Of a DNA stretch of 9,508 nt, positions 7,460 through 9,508 are shown in pieces. The position numbers and the translations under genes were made by a program. Numbering within the stretch: position 1 is the stretch's first letter; each line of letters opens with the position of its first letter. The notes below the pieces were generated by a model. That model worked only from the letters and a program-made list of their open reading frames with translations, was not told the DNA's origin and searched no databases. The DNA comes from a virus (Duplodnaviria; Heunggongvirae; Uroviricota; Caudoviricetes), in the IMG/VR virus record IMGVR_UViG_2706794675_000010. One strand, written 5' to 3'.

Positions 7460-7960
7460 ATGAAAAGAAAATCATTGTCAGACACCGACCTCAACGCCGC
7501 CAGAAGACTGAAAGAAATCTGGATGGCAAAGAAATCTCAGTTGGGATTGACTCAGGAACGTGCGGCGGAAATTATGGGGTTTTCAACACAAGGGGCGGTA
7601 AGTCACTACCTAAATGGTCAAACCCCACTAAACCTTGAGGCTGTTCTAAAGTTTGCTGGCTTACTGAAAGTTCCCCCTGAGTCAATCAGGCCAGACATGG
7701 TAGATTTGCTGCAAATTGCAAGGATGTATTGTCGAGAACCACAGCAAGATAACATAGTCGCATTACCAGCAGACACAGAACAAACAGAGGATGAACTACC
7801 GTTTGCCGTAGAGCCGATGGAACGAGATTTAATCCATACGTTCAGAGCTTTTCCGAAAGAAGATCAAGAACACATGCTTCAGGAGATGAAAGATAAAAAA
7901 GAATCAATGGATCGTACGGTTGCGCGGTGGTTAGCTGCACAAAAAGGCCGTCGCGCCTAA
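7460..7960 (+). CDS. cI-like XRE-family HTH transcriptional regulator (PaaR-like) without a recognisable S24 peptidase domain
   Basis: HTH segment LTQERAAEIMGFSTQGAVSHYLNGQTPLNLEAV. ATG at 7460 (track ORF starts at a GTG at 7430). Transcribed divergently from the Cro-like gene and followed on the same strand by a toxin-antitoxin pair, as in the paaR-paaA-parE arrangement I recall from E. coli O157:H7 prophages. Confidence 0.75.
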   Translation: MKRKSLSDTDLNAARRLKEIWMAKKSQLGLTQERAAEIMGFSTQGAVSHYLNGQTPLNLEAVLKFAGLLKVPPESIRPDMVDLLQIARMYCREPQQDNIVALPADTEQTEDELPFAVEPMERDLIHTFRAFPKEDQEHMLQEMKDKKESMDRTVARWLAAQKGRRA

Positions 7961-7979
7961 ATCAGAGGAGATATGTAAA

Positions 7980-8174
7980 ATGAGTACAGTCCTTTCCCCA
8001 ATGGTTTCAGAATTTGAGACAGTTGAGCAAGAAAATAGTTACAACGAATGGCTGCGGGCCAAAGTAGCAGCAAGCCTCGCGGATCCCCGCCCGGCGATTC
8101 CGCATGATGAGGTAATGGCGGAAATGGAACAAATTATTGCCCAAATTGCTGCTGCAACTCACAGAGGTGAATAA
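7980..8174 (+). CDS. Small antitoxin (PaaA-like) of a ParE-family toxin
   Basis: 64-aa ORF with GAGGAG 9 nt upstream. Its TAA stop overlaps the ATG of the downstream toxin gene (TAATG at 8172-8176). Small, acidic protein. Family named from context and memory. Confidence 0.7.
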   Translation: MSTVLSPMVSEFETVEQENSYNEWLRAKVAASLADPRPAIPHDEVMAEMEQIIAQIAAATHRGE

Positions 8175-8464
8175 TGTTACCCGTTTTATGGCTACCATCT
8201 GCTCGTGATGATTTGCGCCAGATCGTAGCCTACATAGCTAAAGAAAATCCCGCGGCAGCACGCAGAATGAAAATTCGAATTGAAACATCCGTTTTGCCGC
8301 TCACAGAGCATCCTTACCTGTATCCTCCAAGCGAGCGAGTTCTTGGTCTTCGTGAAATTGTAACTCATCCTAACTACATCATCCTTTACCGAGTAACAGC
8401 ATCAAGCATAGAAGTAGTAAATATTGTGCATTCTCGAAGACAGTATCCAGGCAAAAACAGTTAA
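8174..8464 (+). CDS. ParE/RelE-superfamily toxin (ParE-like)
   Basis: 96 aa with the typical ParE pattern: MLPVLW...ARDDLRQIVAYIAKENPAAA...HPYLYPPSERVLGLREIVTHPNYIILYRV...IEVVNIVHSRR. SD AGAGGTGA upstream; translationally coupled to the antitoxin. Confidence 0.85.
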   Translation: MLPVLWLPSARDDLRQIVAYIAKENPAAARRMKIRIETSVLPLTEHPYLYPPSERVLGLREIVTHPNYIILYRVTASSIEVVNIVHSRRQYPGKNS

Positions 8465-8480
8465 TTATTCCCGCCGACAG

Positions 8481-8503
8481 AACCACCTTAGGGTGGTTTT
8501 TTC
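8481..8503 (+). terminator. Rho-independent terminator after the toxin gene
   Basis: AACCACC-TTAG-GGTGGTT forms a 7-bp stem with a 4-nt loop and runs into TTTTTT (8497-8502), 17 nt after the parE-like stop. Confidence 0.6.
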
Positions 8504-8520
8504 TTGCCCCAACAAAAAAC

Positions 8521-8562
8521 AATAGCGATGCTATTTACATCAAAAAAAATAATGATGCTATT
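8521..8562. promoter_or_regulatory. OL-like operator pair (same motif as OR), candidate early-left promoter region
   Basis: Perfect palindrome AATAGCGATGCTATT (8521-8535) and AATAATGATGCTATT (8548-8562), centres 27 bp apart. Both match the half-site consensus AATAGY-N3-RCTATT seen at 7385-7425. Candidate -35 TTTACA at 8534-8539, with only weak -10 candidates. Confidence 0.45.
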
Positions 8563-8743
8563 GTTTCAGGCGTCAACCCACCCCGCCCCACAGAATGCAG
8601 GGCAATACTTCGAGTTACCAGACAGTGGTCAGGGGTTAAGTAGCCAGCCCGAGGCGTAAGAACATGACGGCAGGGTTCAATCTTTAACTATGCAGCAGGT
8701 TTTTTGTTCCGCCACCCCGGCGTTAAGGGGAAATGAGGTCAGC

Positions 8744-8896
8744 ATGGATACTATCGATCTTGGCAACAACGAATCTCTGGTGTGCGGCGTGTTCCCTAAC
8801 CAGGATGGAACGTTTACCGCCATGACGTATACCAAAAGCAAAACGTTTAAAACCGAATCTGGCGCGCGTTGCTGGTTAGCCAGAAACACTGACTGA
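8744..8896 (+). CDS. Hypothetical small protein, 50 aa
   Basis: ATG at 8744 with GAGG about 6 nt upstream (the track's longer ORF from 8690 lacks an SD). First gene downstream of the OL-like sites; not arginine-rich, so not obviously N-like. Confidence 0.4.
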   Translation: MDTIDLGNNESLVCGVFPNQDGTFTAMTYTKSKTFKTESGARCWLARNTD

Positions 8897-8907
8897 TGAG
8901 GCTGACG

Positions 8908-9273
8908 ATGGAATTTAAAGATTTACCGTCTGATGTACAGAAAACAGCAGCTCATACATTGCATTCTGTGCTGCGAGAAATCGGGAAAGATATTGCAAGC
9001 GAGCCAGCAAAAGATCTGGCCCGGAAAATCAAGACCGCTTTCGTTGAGCTTTATAATGTTGGCACTGACTCTGAAACTGTCGAGACCAAGACCGTAAGTT
9101 CACCAATATTCTCACTTGAGCCAAGCGTATTATCAGGTGAAATATGCACCGAGATTTCCAGCGAACTGCTTCCGGTAATACGAGAAGCAATTCGCCGTCG
9201 CGGTTTGGATGGAAGTTATGATCATGACGTTCTGCAAGTTCTCAGGACAATGGTGACTTCACTGGGGATTTGA
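8908..9273 (+). CDS. Hypothetical protein, 121 aa
   Basis: ATG at 8908 with GAGG 6 nt upstream; an alternative ATG at 8896 overlaps the upstream stop (TGATG). Acidic protein, no family recognised. Confidence 0.5.
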   Translation: MEFKDLPSDVQKTAAHTLHSVLREIGKDIASEPAKDLARKIKTAFVELYNVGTDSETVETKTVSSPIFSLEPSVLSGEICTEISSELLPVIREAIRRRGLDGSYDHDVLQVLRTMVTSLGI

Positions 9274-9508
9274 TCCCTGCGTCCTCTAAGCTTTTGATAT
9301 AGCGGTCCTCCAAGAAGCGGTAAATTTTGTCGAAATCATCTTTTCCCTCTGGTTTATTCAGAGGATTACAGGACCCGTAAGTAGCGGCATACATTTCAAC
9401 CGTTTGGTAATGACTCCAACTTATTGATAGTGTTTTATGTTCAGATAATGCCCGATGACTTTGTCATGCAGCTCCACCGATTTTGAGAACGACAGCGACT
9501 TCCGTCCC

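Noticed and set aside
7456-8198. Track ORFs 7456-7638 (+) and 8007-8198 (-)
   Set aside because: They are alternative-frame or antisense overlaps of the cI-like regulator and the antitoxin/toxin genes, which have strong SDs and family patterns.
8681-8740. Possible nut-like site: boxA-like TCTTTAAC (8681-8688) followed by a short CCCC/GGGG hairpin (about 8716-8731) upstream of the first early-left gene
   Set aside because: The match to boxA is partial, the hairpin is not boxB-like (4-bp stem, 8-nt loop), and no N-like arginine-rich protein is encoded downstream.
8677-8889. Track ORF 8677-8889 on the minus strand
   Set aside because: It is antisense to the SD-supported + strand 50-aa ORF and is convergent with nothing upstream. 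Judged less likely, though neither small ORF is strongly supported.
9421-9507. Minus-strand ORF entering from the right edge (C-terminal about 28 codons, stop at 9421-9423)
   Set aside because: Too short a fragment to judge coding potential or identity.

Overview
This window reads as the immunity and early-replication region of an enterobacterial (E. coli-like) lambdoid/Rac-type prophage, with most genes on the minus strand. Right to left: two small + strand genes of unknown function (8744-9273); a cI-like HTH regulator followed by a small antitoxin and a ParE/RelE-type toxin, ending in an intrinsic terminator (7460-8503), which resembles the three-component paaR-paaA-parE modules described in E. 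coli O157:H7 prophages; a divergent control region with palindromic operator-like sites (7385-7425) and matching sites beyond the terminator (8521-8562); Cro-like and YdaT/CII-like genes; an O-like replication initiator carrying two iteron arrays; a DnaC-like helicase loader whose junction with the O-like gene is lost in a 278-nt N run (5471-5748); three small hypothetical genes with winged-helix-like or Cys motifs; a 214-bp intergenic break; and a translationally coupled gamma-class N6-adenine methyltransferase plus 360-aa partner (243-3154). I interpret that last pair as a moron-like Type II restriction-modification or related defence module, and it is the best candidate for something undescribed, because the partner has no canonical nuclease motif I can confirm by eye. 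No rRNA, tRNA, CRISPR array or transposase was recognised. All family assignments are from motifs and memory, not database searches.
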